Shown one piece after another: positions 7,546 through 17,724 of a stretch of 28,695 nt of DNA. Position numbers and translations under genes: made by a program. Where the stretch lies: NCBI GenBank assembly GCA_015231995.1, contig JADGAO010000008.1, positions 1 through 28,695 on the forward strand, in the 5' to 3' direction. Each line of letters begins with the position of its first letter. Positions within the stretch are counted from its first letter, which is position 1. Origin of the DNA: Nitrospinota bacterium. Lineage in GTDB: Bacteria; Nitrospinota_A; UBA7883; JACRLM01. The notes under the pieces were generated by a model. That model did no database searches. It had not been told where the DNA came from and saw nothing but the letters and a program-made list of their open reading frames with translations.

Positions 7546-9003
7546 TCAAATGATCCTGAATCTGTCTTTTAACGTGCAACGGCGTTCCCGGGTGAAGTTT
7601 ATTGCCGTCGTCAGGCCCTCTCCGGTGGGGCTTGCTATCGTGAAAGATGTGTAACCCTCGCCGCCCCATCCGAGGCCGGCGTAGCTTGGGCCGTTCTTTA
7701 TGAAAAGGGAGGTGTTTATCGCACGCGCCATTTTCGACAGGTTGTCCACGTTCGTCGAATGCATCACTGCGGTGTGGCCGAAACCGTGTTCCACCTTTCT
7801 GGCGAGCTCGATACCTTCGTCCACATCGGCGACGCGCACGAGCGGCAACACAGGCGTCAACTGCTCCATTATGACGAGCGGGTTGGTTTTCTCCGCTTCG
7901 AATACGATGAGGCGCACATCCTCGGATGTCTCCACGCCGATGGCGCGTAATATCTTGCCCGCGTCTTTGCCCACCCAGCTTTTGTTCATCACCCCATGGT
8001 CGCCGGGGCCTTGCGGGGCGCGTTCTATTATGAGCTTCTCAAGTTTTTTCACCTGATGCGGGTTAAGCTCGTATGCGCCCGATTTTTTCATTTCGCGCTT
8101 AAGCGCGTCGGCGACCTTGTCCACGCAGATAAGGACTTTTTCCACTATGCACACTATATTGTTGTCGAACGAGGCTCCGTCAACCACATGCTTGGCCGCT
8201 TCGGCGATGTTGGCGGTTTCGTCAACGACGACGGGAGGGTTGCCCGGCCCTGCCGCGATTACTTTCTTGCCGGAGTTCATCGCCGCTTTCACGACGGCCG
8301 GCCCTCCGGTGACGACAAGCAGGCGTATGTCGGGATGGCGCATAAGCTCCCCGGCGCTCTCCACAGTGGGGCTTGCGATTTCCGTAAGCAGGTTCGCCGG
8401 GCCGCCAGCAGAGATTATCGCTTCGTTGAGCAGGTTGATCATGTACGAGGTGACGTTCTTCGCCGTCGGATGGGCGTTGAAGACGACCGCGTTGCCGCCT
8501 GCGATCATCCCAATGGCGTTGCACAGCACCGTCTCCGTAGGGTTCGTGCAAGGCGTGATGGAGCCGATGACCCCGTATGGCGCGCGTTCCATCAGCGCTA
8601 TGCCGTCGTCGCCTGTGAAGGCGCGAGGTTCCAGAATCTCGATTCCCGGCGTTTTTTCGACAGCGAGCGTGTTTTTGAGTATTTTATCGGCTACTCGGCC
8701 CAATCCTGTCTCCTCGACGGCCATCTTCGACAGGTTAGGTATCTCGCGCCGCACGGCTTCACGCATGGCGTTAATCATCAGCCTGCGTTCCGCCAGCGGG
8801 TATGAATCCAGCGAGATGAACGCCGCTTTTGCAGAAGCCACGGCCTCGTTGACAGTCGCGTAACTGCCGATACGTTTTCCGTTACTCGTGGGAATGGTTT
8901 GAGCTGGTAAAACCGGGGCCAGTTTCGCTCCGGCTTTGGAGGCGGAAAGCCTCGCCGCGACCCGTTCCACGATGCCCGCTATCTGGTCTTTGTCCAGCGT
9001 CAT
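7546..9003 (-). CDS. Aldehyde dehydrogenase (CoA-acylating, PduP/EutE-like) with N-terminal encapsulation peptide
   Basis: 485 aa Aldedh-family fold ('GSYATVNEAVASAKAAF..', 'ASPTGEG', conserved NAD-binding Gly-rich segments). N-terminal amphipathic helix 'DQIAGIVERVAARL' plus an Ala/Pro/Ser linker precede the catalytic domain. RBS 'GGAGG' sits 8 nt upstream. Confidence 0.85.
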   Translation of the reverse strand: MTLDKDQIAGIVERVAARLSASKAGAKLAPVLPAQTIPTSNGKRIGSYATVNEAVASAKAAFISLDSYPLAERRLMINAMREAVRREIPNLSKMAVEETGLGRVADKILKNTLAVEKTPGIEILEPRAFTGDDGIALMERAPYGVIGSITPCTNPTETVLCNAIGMIAGGNAVVFNAHPTAKNVTSYMINLLNEAIISAGGPANLLTEIASPTVESAGELMRHPDIRLLVVTGGPAVVKAAMNSGKKVIAAGPGNPPVVVDETANIAEAAKHVVDGASFDNNIVCIVEKVLICVDKVADALKREMKKSGAYELNPHQVKKLEKLIIERAPQGPGDHGVMNKSWVGKDAGKILRAIGVETSEDVRLIVFEAEKTNPLVIMEQLTPVLPLVRVADVDEGIELARKVEHGFGHTAVMHSTNVDNLSKMARAINTSLFIKNGPSYAGLGWGGEGYTSFTIASPTGEGLTTAINFTRERRCTLKDRFRII

Positions 9004-9018
9004 GAATCAAGCCTCCGG

Positions 9019-9333
9019 TCAGACATCCGCCGTTTTCGCAGACGCATACTTTGTGTAAACGGTCTTGTCGTCAACGTCCCATGTGTCCACGATGCCCATG
9101 ACGACAGCGTCCACAGGCTTGCCGTTGGTGATATCCGTCTGCCGCGCGGACGAGCCTGTGGCGTACAGCACCACCTCGCCAAGCCCCGCGCCAACCGAAT
9201 CCGCCGCCACGACGTAACCTTTGCCCACCTCGCCTGTGACATCCACGTTGCGCACGAGAAGCAGTTTTAACCCCTCAAGCGATTCCGCCTTGCGGGTCGA
9301 GACAACCGTCCCGGCCACTTTTCCGAACAACAT
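9019..9333 (-). CDS. BMC vertex (pentamer) protein, EutN/CcmL/PduN family (BMC-P)
   Basis: ATG at 9331-9333 gives '[49 protein letters not shown]'. The longer ORF-track N-terminus (to 9423) is not family-like and overlaps the BMC-H gene. Confidence 0.8.
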   Translation of the reverse strand: MLFGKVAGTVVSTRKAESLEGLKLLLVRNVDVTGEVGKGYVVAADSVGAGLGEVVLYATGSSARQTDITNGKPVDAVVMGIVDTWDVDDKTVYTKYASAKTADV

Positions 9334-9337
9334 GGCT

Positions 9338-9631
9338 TCACTCCGCCGCGATGGCTTTTCTGCCCAGCGGAAGCGCAAGGTCGATGTTGCTGTGCGGCCT
9401 GGGGATGACATGGACGGAGACAAGCTCGCCCACTTTCTCCGCCGCGCGCGAACCGGCCTCGGTTGCCGCCTTCACAGCCGCAACGTCGCCGCGCACGATG
9501 GCGGTGACATACCCTCCGCCGATTTTCTCGTATCCCACCAGCTCGACCTTCGCCGCTTTCAGCATGGCGTCGGAGGCTTCGACCATGCCGACAAAACCCT
9601 TGGTCTCGATCATTCCCAATGCGTCTGACAT
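9338..9631 (-). CDS. BMC-H hexameric shell protein (PduA/EutM/CcmK family)
   Basis: ATG at 9629-9631 gives '[63 protein letters not shown]', a near-consensus BMC domain. The upstream TTG in the ORF track is unlikely to be the start. Confidence 0.9.
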   Translation of the reverse strand: MSDALGMIETKGFVGMVEASDAMLKAAKVELVGYEKIGGGYVTAIVRGDVAAVKAATEAGSRAAEKVGELVSVHVIPRPHSNIDLALPLGRKAIAAE

Positions 9632-9655
9632 CTTTGACAATCTCCAAAAAAGACG

Positions 9656-10291
9656 TTATTCAGCTTTTCCCTTTTTCGCTGCTTTTCCCGTGACGCTCTC
9701 CAGAGCTTTCACGGCGGCGTCTGCGGCGGAGTCGATCTCCGCTTCAGAGCCTGACATGTAAAGCCGTCCGAACGCGCCGAACGGCCGCACTTCCACTAGT
9801 TTTACGTTGGCCGCTTTCTCCGCCTCGTTCGCGGCGAAAATGGCGTAACCGGCAGGCTCTGTCTCCAGTATGAAAAGCGACTCGCCCGGCAAAATCATGG
9901 AGCCGCTTTTGTTCCTGTTGATGAGCTGGCACTGGTAAGCCTCCATGCTCCGTATGATCTGGTTGGCGACGATGGTGGGCTTTATCCTGTCGGCCTCTGT
10001 GACGCCCAGATGGTCGAGTATCGCCCTCCCGGCGCTTATAACCTCGCCTTTGTCCATGTCGTGCACTTCAAGAAGGCCGTAAGCGCGTTCGACAATCTGC
10101 ACGGCTGGCTGGACTTTCGTGGCTTTCAGAGCCACGTCGGTCACGCGGTTGATGGCCAACCCCGGAGCAATCTCCACAAACAGGGACGCAACCCCCGGCA
10201 CGGGCAGGAAACCTTTGGCGGTGGAGCCTATGTAGGAGGCCAGCTGATCCTGGAGGCTGTCGAGGAATATGAAAGTCCTAAGTGTGATCAT
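9656..10291 (-). CDS. BMC-T shell protein with tandem BMC domains, CcmP/CsoS1D-like (resembles Haliangium BMC-T2)
   Basis: Start '[71 protein letters not shown]' and second domain '[47 protein letters not shown]' closely parallel, from memory, the Haliangium ochraceum BMC-T2 sequence ('[62 protein letters not shown]'). ATG at 10289-10291. Confidence 0.75.
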   Translation of the reverse strand: MITLRTFIFLDSLQDQLASYIGSTAKGFLPVPGVASLFVEIAPGLAINRVTDVALKATKVQPAVQIVERAYGLLEVHDMDKGEVISAGRAILDHLGVTEADRIKPTIVANQIIRSMEAYQCQLINRNKSGSMILPGESLFILETEPAGYAIFAANEAEKAANVKLVEVRPFGAFGRLYMSGSEAEIDSAADAAVKALESVTGKAAKKGKAE

Positions 10292-10337
10292 TTTTTCAAA
10301 TACCCCTGTCAATTCCCGTTGTATGTTTCTTGCGCGA

Positions 10338-11153
10338 TCAATACTGCTTCGCTGTTATCACGTCTTCGATCTTCCGTATGCTGGTGAGCGCCCTCTCGCC
10401 GCGCCGCAACCCCAACGCCACATGCAGAAGGTCTATGATGCTCGCCTGCGCGATTCTGGAGGCCAAAGCCTCGCTCCGAAACCTCGTCTCCTTGCTCGAT
10501 GTCACCAACGTCACGTCCGACGCTTTCGCAAGCGGCGACAACAGGCTGTTCGTCACCGCAACGGCGCGAGCGCCCGCGTTGCGCCCGACCCGCACCGTCT
10601 CCACCGGGTCCTTGGTGGAGCCGGAATGGCTTATCGCCAATATCGCGTCGCCTTTTTTAAGCAGGGCCGCCTCCATCATCTGCAGGTGTCCGTCTGTCTG
10701 CAAAGTCACCGGAAGCCCAAGCCGCATAAGCTTCGTGTACGCGTCGAACGCGATGGGAGCCGACGTGCCTACGCCGATAATAAGAGTTCTACCCGCATTG
10801 TCCAGTATGCCGATGGCCCGCTCCACGGAACGTGGGTCTATCACGGCGAGCGTGTCTTTTAATGTGCTGATGTTGGCTTCGAACACCTTGCCCGCCAGCG
10901 CGGCCACGTCGTCTTTTTCGGTGATAGCCTCGTGGATCGCGCCTGCGATGGGTGTTACAAGCTCACGGGCCAGGGCTATCTTAAGGTCGGCGAAACCGAG
11001 GAAATTGGCCGCCCTGCAAAACCGTATGACCGTGGCCTCGGATACACCCGCTTCCCGCGCCACCTCGCCGACAGACATGCCGATGGCGTTCTCCGCGTTT
11101 TTCAATATGAACTCGCCCACCTTGCGCTCCGCCGGTAGAAGGGACGGCAACAT
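10338..11153 (-). CDS. RpiR/MurR-family transcriptional regulator (HTH_6 + SIS phosphosugar-binding domain)
   Basis: From ATG at 11151-11153: '[45 protein letters not shown]' is the canonical RpiR N-terminal HTH. SIS domain '[35 protein letters not shown]'. Co-oriented and 25 bp upstream of the first shell gene. Confidence 0.8.
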   Translation of the reverse strand: MLPSLLPAERKVGEFILKNAENAIGMSVGEVAREAGVSEATVIRFCRAANFLGFADLKIALARELVTPIAGAIHEAITEKDDVAALAGKVFEANISTLKDTLAVIDPRSVERAIGILDNAGRTLIIGVGTSAPIAFDAYTKLMRLGLPVTLQTDGHLQMMEAALLKKGDAILAISHSGSTKDPVETVRVGRNAGARAVAVTNSLLSPLAKASDVTLVTSSKETRFRSEALASRIAQASIIDLLHVALGLRRGERALTSIRKIEDVITAKQY

Positions 11154-11467
11154 GCCGCTCACTTTCCCGGTGGCGCCCGGCCCGTGGGCGCGGCTGACTG
11201 CTCCCCTTGTCTTTGGCCTACGCTGTGATCTTCCGGTTGCTATGGTCATATCCATTCCACTTTCCATGAGGCTCTTCGCAGTCTCGATGATTATAGTCCG
11301 CGCCATTCCGCGTGTCAAGTAAAACTACATATCAATTAAGTATCCATGAAGTAAAATTTCATAGAACGCATGGTTGCAAGGTGGCCGCTGACCAGTTTTG
11401 ATTTTAGGGCGTTGCGGGGGCAATCTTGGGGGGCGTGGAAGAAATGTCCGGCGCTGAGTGGGACGCC
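11154..11467. promoter_or_regulatory. Large intergenic/5' region upstream of the BMC regulator and operon, AT-rich core with small inverted repeats
   Basis: The 11319-11380 stretch 'taaaactacatatcaattaagtatccatgaagtaaaatttcatagaacgcatgg' is markedly AT-rich in a GC-rich genome. It contains the IR 'atgaa-N7-ttcat' and the outer IR 'ccatg..catgg'. Likely promoter and operator region; no specific site is proven. Confidence 0.3.
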
Positions 11468-12085
11468 TTACGCCCCGGTAGCGAGAAGAAGATAAAACGC
11501 CCTGATCTTCTGGCTGTTGGCGGTATCGAGCTGGTTGAAGTTTATACCGAGCGAAACTTTGGTCCCATTCGGTTTAACCGTGCATATCTTGCATTCGAAA
11601 TCCGTGATCTTCTCGCCGTTGGGAAGAGCCATGTCCATCCTGGCCGTCTGTCCGGGCTGTATGGCCGCTTTGCCGGGGGCGACGAAGAACCCGCCTCCCT
11701 CGCTTATGTCCACAATCGCGCCGGTTATGACCCCAGCGTCGTTTTTCAATATGGCGGGTATGAACGTGTCTACGCGCTCGCTTTTGCGCAGGTTTACCGT
11801 TTGTATCTCGTCGGGGTAGCGCAGAACCCATATGTTGATGGGCGTCGTGTACTGTTTCATCAGCATGGACTCGTATCCGTAAACCAGGCCCATGTAAATG
11901 AACCGCACCACATAAAGCGTACCGCTGACGGCCACCACCGGGCCAGAGCGTGTCGCAGGCCCGTCAATAAGTATGTATTTGGGGTAGCTGTATCCTCGGA
12001 AGAATGATGGGAGTTTTCCCTGATCCAGTTGTATCTGGCACGGTTCCCCCACCGGGATGCTTACCTCGCTTTTTACCGTTGCCAT
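11468..12085 (-). CDS. PilZ-domain protein, YcgR-like (c-di-GMP receptor / flagellar brake-like)
   Basis: From ATG at 12083-12085 ('MATVKSEV..'; RBS GGAG at -11). PilZ c-di-GMP motifs 'RKSERV' .. 'DISEGGG'. N-terminal half resembles the YcgR/PilZN domain. The longer ORF-track N-terminus overlaps the upstream gene. Confidence 0.65.
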   Translation of the reverse strand: MATVKSEVSIPVGEPCQIQLDQGKLPSFFRGYSYPKYILIDGPATRSGPVVAVSGTLYVVRFIYMGLVYGYESMLMKQYTTPINIWVLRYPDEIQTVNLRKSERVDTFIPAILKNDAGVITGAIVDISEGGGFFVAPGKAAIQPGQTARMDMALPNGEKITDFECKICTVKPNGTKVSLGINFNQLDTANSQKIRAFYLLLATGA

Positions 12086-12098
12086 AACGCCGTCTCCA

Positions 12099-12692
12099 TC
12101 AAGCGCCGTGAACTGTTTTGACCATACCCAGGAACCGCGACAACGACCTTTCGTCATCTGGAGGGATGGAGTCGAACCGGCACCGGATTTCAAACTTACC
12201 GTCAGATCCGTTGGAGGCCAGCGCCGTCAACAATATCCCCGAAAAGCTTTCGCCGGTGGGGAAAGAGCCTGAGAGGGTGAAAGTCTCGTTGACGCTAAAG
12301 GAGCGTTGCGACCTGATAAGGCACCCGCCTTTGCTCAAGTCGGTTATCACGCCCTGATAGGTGAATTCCTTTCCCTTGTTTTTGGCGGAGAGGGTCACAG
12401 GGAGGGTTACGGGATAGCGTTCGGTCGTGCGAAGCACGCTGTCCACTATGTCTTCAGGATATTCGAGGATCACAATGTTGATTTCCGGCAGAACCCCAAG
12501 GTATTTTGTGGTAAACCCGTAGTATTTACCGCCCCTTGACGCTCTGCCAACGATGGGGCTTTGATCGTTTTGTTTCCAGCGAAGGTCGGGCATCTCCATC
12601 AGAATGTAAGCCCCGTCCTTCCATCCACGCACCAGGGCGCGGGCGGAAAGGCGGTTCCGCTCCAGCGTGATCTCCATTCCCGATTTGAACAT
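12099..12692 (-). CDS. PilZ-domain protein, YcgR-like (paralogue in tandem)
   Basis: 197 aa; PilZ motifs 'RTTERYPV' .. 'DLSKGGCLI'. Same two-domain architecture as the downstream paralogue. Confidence 0.65.
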   Translation of the reverse strand: MFKSGMEITLERNRLSARALVRGWKDGAYILMEMPDLRWKQNDQSPIVGRASRGGKYYGFTTKYLGVLPEINIVILEYPEDIVDSVLRTTERYPVTLPVTLSAKNKGKEFTYQGVITDLSKGGCLIRSQRSFSVNETFTLSGSFPTGESFSGILLTALASNGSDGKFEIRCRFDSIPPDDERSLSRFLGMVKTVHGA

Positions 12693-12812
12693 AAGCCCTT
12701 GGAATAAGTGGAGGACTTAAACTTACAGTAATGCTACAAGGTGATGGCAGGTAAAATTACCTCTCTATAAGAAAAGCTATTTACGTACTGCCATTTATCC
12801 CCTCTTTAGCTA

Positions 12813-12842
12813 ATTATAACATGCTGTTGAGGAAAATATCAA
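12813..12842 (-). promoter_or_regulatory. Candidate sigma70-like promoter for the tandem PilZ genes within a ~230 bp AT-rich intergenic region
   Basis: On the minus strand: 'TTGATA'-N17-'TTATAAT' (forward-strand 'tatcaa' 12837-12842 and 'attataa' 12813-12819). Predicted leader ~110 nt. Pattern match only. Confidence 0.3.
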
Positions 12843-12924
12843 TGGCTCACAATGATATGTATTGTTACAATGAGAAGCGGAAATTGATATTTATCGAGAA
12901 GATGTGGACGTTTTTAACGTTTCG

Positions 12925-14202
12925 TCAGGGTTTGCGGATGGTTTCCATTCCACCCATGTAAGGGCGGAGGGCGGGGGGGATAGTTACGGAGCCATCGGGA
13001 TTCTGGAAGTTTTCCAGAATGGCTACGACCGTCCTTCCAACAGCAAGGCCGGAGCCGTTCAGAGTATGCACGAATTCGGGTTTGGCTTTTTTATCCCGCC
13101 GGAAGCGCAGATTCATTCGTCTTGCCTGGAAGTCGGTAAACGTGGAGCAGGACGATATCTCGCGGTATTTGTTCTGGCTGGGGACCCAGACCTCCAGGTC
13201 GTATGTCCGCGCCGACGAGAAACCGATGTCTGCGGAGCATAGCGCAATCACGCGGTACGCAAGCCCGAGCCGTTTCAAAACTTCTTCCGCGTCCGCCGTC
13301 AGGCTTTCCAGTTCCGAGTCGCTTTCTTCGGGGCGGACGAGTTTTACCAATTCCACCTTATTGAACTGATGCTGGCGGATGAGGCCTGTTGTGTCTTTCC
13401 CGTACGATCCGGCCTCGGAGCGGAAACATGGAGTGTGCGCCACGGTTTTTAGCGGCAGATTTTCATTTTCCAGTATTTCTCCGGCATGTATGTTCGTCAA
13501 CGGGACTTCCGCCGTTGGAATAAGCCACAGGTCCGCGCCCTCAAGCTTGAACAGATCGGCGGAGAACTTGGGCAATTGCCCCGTGCCGGTCATCGTTTCG
13601 GATGTGACCATGAACGGCGGCAGGATTTCCGTGTATCCGCGTTCCCTCGTATGCAGGTCGAGCATGAAGTTGATGAGCGCCCTCTCCAGCAAAGCCCCCG
13701 CCCCGCGATAGAGGGCGAACCGGGCGCCGGATAATTTAGCCGCCCGTTTGAAGTCGAGTATCCCAAGCTCCTCGCCGATCTCCACGTGGGATTTGGGAGA
13801 GATGATCGCCGGTATCGCGCCCCACCGCCGTATTTCCACGTTGTCTTCTTCTGATTTTCCGTCCGGGGTGGATGGGTGCGGCAGGTTGGGGATCAACAGC
13901 AGTCTCTGGCGCAGGTCGTTTTCCAGTTCGCCTAGCTTTCCCTCGTTTTCTTTTATAACGTCGCCCGCTGTTCGCATCTGCGCCTGAAGAGCCTCGGTGT
14001 CCTGACCGGATTTTTTCAGCTCGCCGATTTTTTTGCTCATCTCGTTGCGTTGCCGCAGGAGTTCCTCGTTGCGCCGCTGGATATCCCTTCGCTCCGCGTC
14101 GAGCGAGATTATTGCGTCTATGCCATAATCGGCGCCGCCTCTGCGGGAGAGGGGGCCTTTCACTGCGTCCGGGGTTTCTCTGACGAGGCGTATGTCAAGC
14201 AT
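12925..14202 (-). CDS. serS: Seryl-tRNA synthetase
   Basis: 425 aa. N-terminal coiled-coil arm ('[27 protein letters not shown]'). Class II aaRS core motifs ('[25 protein letters not shown]', '[15 protein letters not shown]'). Confidence 0.92.
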   Translation of the reverse strand: MLDIRLVRETPDAVKGPLSRRGGADYGIDAIISLDAERRDIQRRNEELLRQRNEMSKKIGELKKSGQDTEALQAQMRTAGDVIKENEGKLGELENDLRQRLLLIPNLPHPSTPDGKSEEDNVEIRRWGAIPAIISPKSHVEIGEELGILDFKRAAKLSGARFALYRGAGALLERALINFMLDLHTRERGYTEILPPFMVTSETMTGTGQLPKFSADLFKLEGADLWLIPTAEVPLTNIHAGEILENENLPLKTVAHTPCFRSEAGSYGKDTTGLIRQHQFNKVELVKLVRPEESDSELESLTADAEEVLKRLGLAYRVIALCSADIGFSSARTYDLEVWVPSQNKYREISSCSTFTDFQARRMNLRFRRDKKAKPEFVHTLNGSGLAVGRTVVAILENFQNPDGSVTIPPALRPYMGGMETIRKP

Positions 14203-14207
14203 GGTTC

Positions 14208-14993
14208 TTACTTGGTGGGTTTCTTGGATAAACGTTTTTTGACGGACTCGATTTTTCTGACGATAAGCGTCTTGTCGGGGTATCTTTTTTTCAGGTCGTT
14301 ATACTCTTCGAGGGCTTTGGGAAGCTGTTCCAACTCCTCAAGGCAGATAGCCACACCGAGGCGCACGTCGTACTCGTACTTGCTTTTGGGGTAGTCCTGC
14401 AGTATTTTCCCGAAAAGCTCCAGAGCGTTTTTCGCGTCGCCCATAATGAATTTACTGTTGGCTATCTGGTAGCGGGCGTCTATGGAGCGGGCGCCGTTGG
14501 GATGTTTGGACAGAAGCTCCTGGCTTTCAATGATGGCCTGGGCGTAATCGCCTTTTTTGAAGTAAGCCTCGGCCATCTTGCTGATATACTCTTCTTCGTC
14601 TACTTTGCCCTTGTATTCGTTTCTTATCCGCTGGTACTGCATGATCGCAAGGTCGTAATTCCTCAGGGACTGCTCGTAGATCACGGCCAGTTTCTGCAGG
14701 GCTTTGAGGGCCAGGTCGCTTTTCCCCTCTTTTTCGGCGGCGCGGGCCAGGAAGTCTATCGCCTTTTCAGGCTCGTTGAGATCGAGGTCGTGTATCTCGC
14801 CGAGTTTGATGAGAGCTCGGCTGGTGTAGGGGGAGTTGGGGTACTCCTCCACGATAACCCGGAGCTTGGAAACCGCCTCCGTATGCCGTCCGGCCAGCCA
14901 CAGCGACTCGGCGTCATCGAACAGATCCGCCACGCGGTCGGAACAGGCCGCCAAAAACAGGGCGAGCACGCAAGCCGACGCAAGCTTGCTCAA
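14208..14993 (-). CDS. TPR-repeat outer-membrane lipoprotein, BamD-like
   Basis: 261 aa. Lipoprotein signal with lipobox 'FLAAC'. Multiple TPR-like helix pairs ('[30 protein letters not shown]', '[24 protein letters not shown]') parallel the BamD layout. Only a TTG start is available, overlapping the gyrA stop (TTGA). Confidence 0.55.
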   Translation of the reverse strand: MSKLASACVLALFLAACSDRVADLFDDAESLWLAGRHTEAVSKLRVIVEEYPNSPYTSRALIKLGEIHDLDLNEPEKAIDFLARAAEKEGKSDLALKALQKLAVIYEQSLRNYDLAIMQYQRIRNEYKGKVDEEEYISKMAEAYFKKGDYAQAIIESQELLSKHPNGARSIDARYQIANSKFIMGDAKNALELFGKILQDYPKSKYEYDVRLGVAICLEELEQLPKALEEYNDLKKRYPDKTLIVRKIESVKKRLSKKPTK

Positions 14994-17500
14994 GCCGGCT
15001 CGCCCTCCACGCCCGGCTCGTCCCCGGTTTCGTCAGGGGAACCCTCGTTGTCCTGTTCGCTTTCCTGCGCGTCCATCACGCCCACGGACACTACCCTGTC
15101 TCCCTCGCCGAGGTTTATCACCCGGACGCCTTTGGTGTTCCTGCCGACGACGGAAACGTCGCTTGCGTTCATGCGTATGGCCACGCCGTCTTTGCTCATG
15201 ACAAGCAGGTCGTGCGTGTCTTTCACCAGCTTTATGCCGACAACGCCTCCCGACTGTTCGTCGCATTTGATGTCTATGACCCCTTTGCCGGCCCTCGCCT
15301 GGACGGGGTATCTGCTGGTCTCCGACCTTTTGCCGTATCCATCTTCCTTTAGGGTGAACACAGTTTCGTCGGCGTCGCCTTCGGACGGAAGCGCGACCAT
15401 TCCCACCACCAGGTCGCCCTCGTCGAGCCTGACGGCGCGCACGCCCCTGGTGTCTCTGCCGATGGGCCTAAGGTCGCTTTCAGGGAAGGTGATGGACATA
15501 CCTTGCTGTGTGGCCACAAGTATGTTTTTGCTTCCGTCGGTCACGGTGACGGCTATCACGTCGTCGCCTTCTTCAAGGTCTATGGCTATGATGCCGCCTG
15601 CGTGGATGCGGGCGAACGCTTCCATGTCGGTCTTCTTGATGAAACCTTTCCTTGTGGCGGTGACAAGGAACGTTCCCGGATCGAAACCGGAAACCGGGAA
15701 AACCGTCTGCACCTTTTCATCCGGCTGTAGCTGGATAAGGTTGACCACGGCCTTGCCCTTGCCTGCGCGGGAGGATTCCGGCGCTTCGTAAACCTTCGTC
15801 CGAAACACCCTGCCGGTGTTTGTGAAGAATAGGAGGTTGTCGTGGGTAGAGGCCACGAACAGCTCTTTAAGATCGTCCTCTTCTTTCATGCTTATGCCGC
15901 GAACGCCTTTGCCGCCCCGTTTTTGCGCCTTGTACAGGTCGAGCGGCGTGCGTTTGATATAACCCTGGCTGGAGATCGCCACGACCATGTCCTCTTTGGC
16001 TATGAGGTCTTCGATGTCAACCTCGTTCTCCAGCGGAACCAGCCTCGTGCGCCTCTCGTTGCCGTATTTGGCCTTTATCTCCGCCAGTTCTTCCTTGATC
16101 ACGCGGAGCTTTTCCTCTTCGTGGTCGCGGATGTAAACAAGCCGCTCGATGATCCTGTTCGTCTCGGCCAGGTCGTCGGCTATTTTCTGGCGTTCAAGCC
16201 CGGTCAAGCGCTGGAGCCTTAACTCCAGTATCGCCTTGGCCTGAGCTTCGGAGAACGACCAGTTTTCAATAAGCCCTCTCCTGGCCTCATCTGGGGAGGC
16301 GGATTTGCGTATGAGGGCGATGACCTGATCCAGATGGTCGAGCGCCTTGGCGTAACCTTCCAGTATGTGCGCCCGCTCCGAAGCCTTGCGAAGCTCGAAA
16401 AGCGTCCGGCGGGTGACTATCTCCACCCGGTGGCTTACGAAATGACGCAGAATGTCTTTTAAAGTCAACTGCTTGGGTTGGCCGTCCACAAGGGCGAGCA
16501 GGATTACGCCGAAAGTCTCCTGCATCTGCGTATGTTTGAAAAGCTGGTTCAACACGATTTGCGCCATCGCGTCGCGTTTAAGCTCCACAACCACCCGCAT
16601 TCCTTGCCGGTCGGATTCGTCCCGCAGGTCGGATATGCCCAGAATCTTCTTGTCGCGCACGAGGTAGGCTATCTTCTCGACGAGCCTGGCCTTGTTGACC
16701 TGATACGGTATCTCGCTGATTACGATCCGTTCCCGGTCGCCTTTTTCCATAGGCTCGATGTGCGCCTTGGCCCGCATGATGATAAGCCCCCTGCCGGTGT
16801 GGTAGGCGGAGCGTATCCCTGCGGTTCCGTGTATCTCGCCAAAGGTCGGGAAATCCGGCCCGGGGATTACCTTCATCAGTTCGTCTATCGTGATATGCGG
16901 GTTGTCTATAAGGAGCATTAACCCGTCTATCACTTCGCTGAGGTTATGCGGGGGTATGTTGGTAGTCATGCCGACGGCTATGCCGCCAGACCCGTTTATA
17001 AGCAGGTTAGGGGCGCGAGCCGGAAGAACCGTCGGCTCGGACTCCGCCTCGTCGTAGTTGGGGATGAAATTTACGGTGTCCTTATCGAGGTCGGAGAGCA
17101 TCTCGTCGGAGATGCGGGCCAGCCGCGCCTCGGTGTACCTCATTGCGGCGGGCGAGTCACCGTCCACCGAGCCGAAGTTGCCCTGTCCGTCCACCAGCGG
17201 ATACCGCATGGAGAAGGGCTGGGCCATACGCACCAGAGCCTCGTAAACAGGCTGGTCGCCGTGTGGGTGGTACTTTGCTATCACGTCACCGACCGTTCTG
17301 GCCGATTTCTTGTAGGCTTTGTTGTGATGGTTTCCTATGGAGTGCATCGCGAACAAAATCCTGCGGTGCACAGGTTTGAGACCGTCACGGACATCCGGCA
17401 GGGCGCGGGAAACTATGACGCTCATTGAGTATTCGAGGAAGGAGGAACGCATCTCGTCCTCGATGGCTATCGGGATTATGCTAAGGCCGCTTTCGTTCAT
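14990..17500 (-). CDS. gyrA: DNA gyrase subunit A
   Basis: From ATG at 17498-17500 ('[56 protein letters not shown]'). GyrA C-terminal beta-pinwheel repeats and acidic tail follow. RBS 'AAGAG' at -9. Confidence 0.95.
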   Translation of the reverse strand: MNESGLSIIPIAIEDEMRSSFLEYSMSVIVSRALPDVRDGLKPVHRRILFAMHSIGNHHNKAYKKSARTVGDVIAKYHPHGDQPVYEALVRMAQPFSMRYPLVDGQGNFGSVDGDSPAAMRYTEARLARISDEMLSDLDKDTVNFIPNYDEAESEPTVLPARAPNLLINGSGGIAVGMTTNIPPHNLSEVIDGLMLLIDNPHITIDELMKVIPGPDFPTFGEIHGTAGIRSAYHTGRGLIIMRAKAHIEPMEKGDRERIVISEIPYQVNKARLVEKIAYLVRDKKILGISDLRDESDRQGMRVVVELKRDAMAQIVLNQLFKHTQMQETFGVILLALVDGQPKQLTLKDILRHFVSHRVEIVTRRTLFELRKASERAHILEGYAKALDHLDQVIALIRKSASPDEARRGLIENWSFSEAQAKAILELRLQRLTGLERQKIADDLAETNRIIERLVYIRDHEEEKLRVIKEELAEIKAKYGNERRTRLVPLENEVDIEDLIAKEDMVVAISSQGYIKRTPLDLYKAQKRGGKGVRGISMKEEDDLKELFVASTHDNLLFFTNTGRVFRTKVYEAPESSRAGKGKAVVNLIQLQPDEKVQTVFPVSGFDPGTFLVTATRKGFIKKTDMEAFARIHAGGIIAIDLEEGDDVIAVTVTDGSKNILVATQQGMSITFPESDLRPIGRDTRGVRAVRLDEGDLVVGMVALPSEGDADETVFTLKEDGYGKRSETSRYPVQARAGKGVIDIKCDEQSGGVVGIKLVKDTHDLLVMSKDGVAIRMNASDVSVVGRNTKGVRVINLGEGDRVVSVGVMDAQESEQDNEGSPDETGDEPGVEGEPA

Positions 17501-17724
17501 CTTAACTCTTTGAAGTTTCGAATGTTGTCGTGTGAATATAAAAGAGCTATTGTAGCGCTTTCGCTCTTCTTTTGGAACCACTATTTTGATTTATGGCGGG
17601 AAACGTTCCGGCAGGCCTCTAATCGGGTTTTGTGGGATAATTTGGATAATCCTCTCTTGCCGCTGTTAGAGGCGCTCTTCGGGCGGTCACCCAGAACATT
17701 GCGCAGAAGCGAACCTGAAAGAGT

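Noticed and set aside
7996-8863. 269-aa and 248-aa plus-strand ORFs inside the aldehyde dehydrogenase gene
   Set aside because: They are antisense artefacts of the GC-rich AldDH gene. No family resemblance.
11154-11318. N-terminal 55-aa extension of the regulator ORF (and similar extensions at 12086-12193, 17501-17581, 25068-25202, 21199-21372, 9334-9423)
   Set aside because: The extensions lack family similarity and overlap upstream genes or repeat sequence. Internal ATGs with RBS give N-termini matching family consensus (RpiR 'MLPSLL..', GyrA 'MNESGL..', BMC-P 'MLFGKV..', BMC-H '[12 protein letters not shown]').
10330-11322. 330-aa plus-strand ORF opposite the RpiR regulator
   Set aside because: It is an antisense shadow. 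The minus-strand frame has unmistakable HTH_6/SIS motifs.
14502-15791. 429-aa plus-strand ORF overlapping the TPR lipoprotein and gyrA
   Set aside because: It is antisense to gyrA and has a Ser/Pro/Thr-rich low-complexity product.
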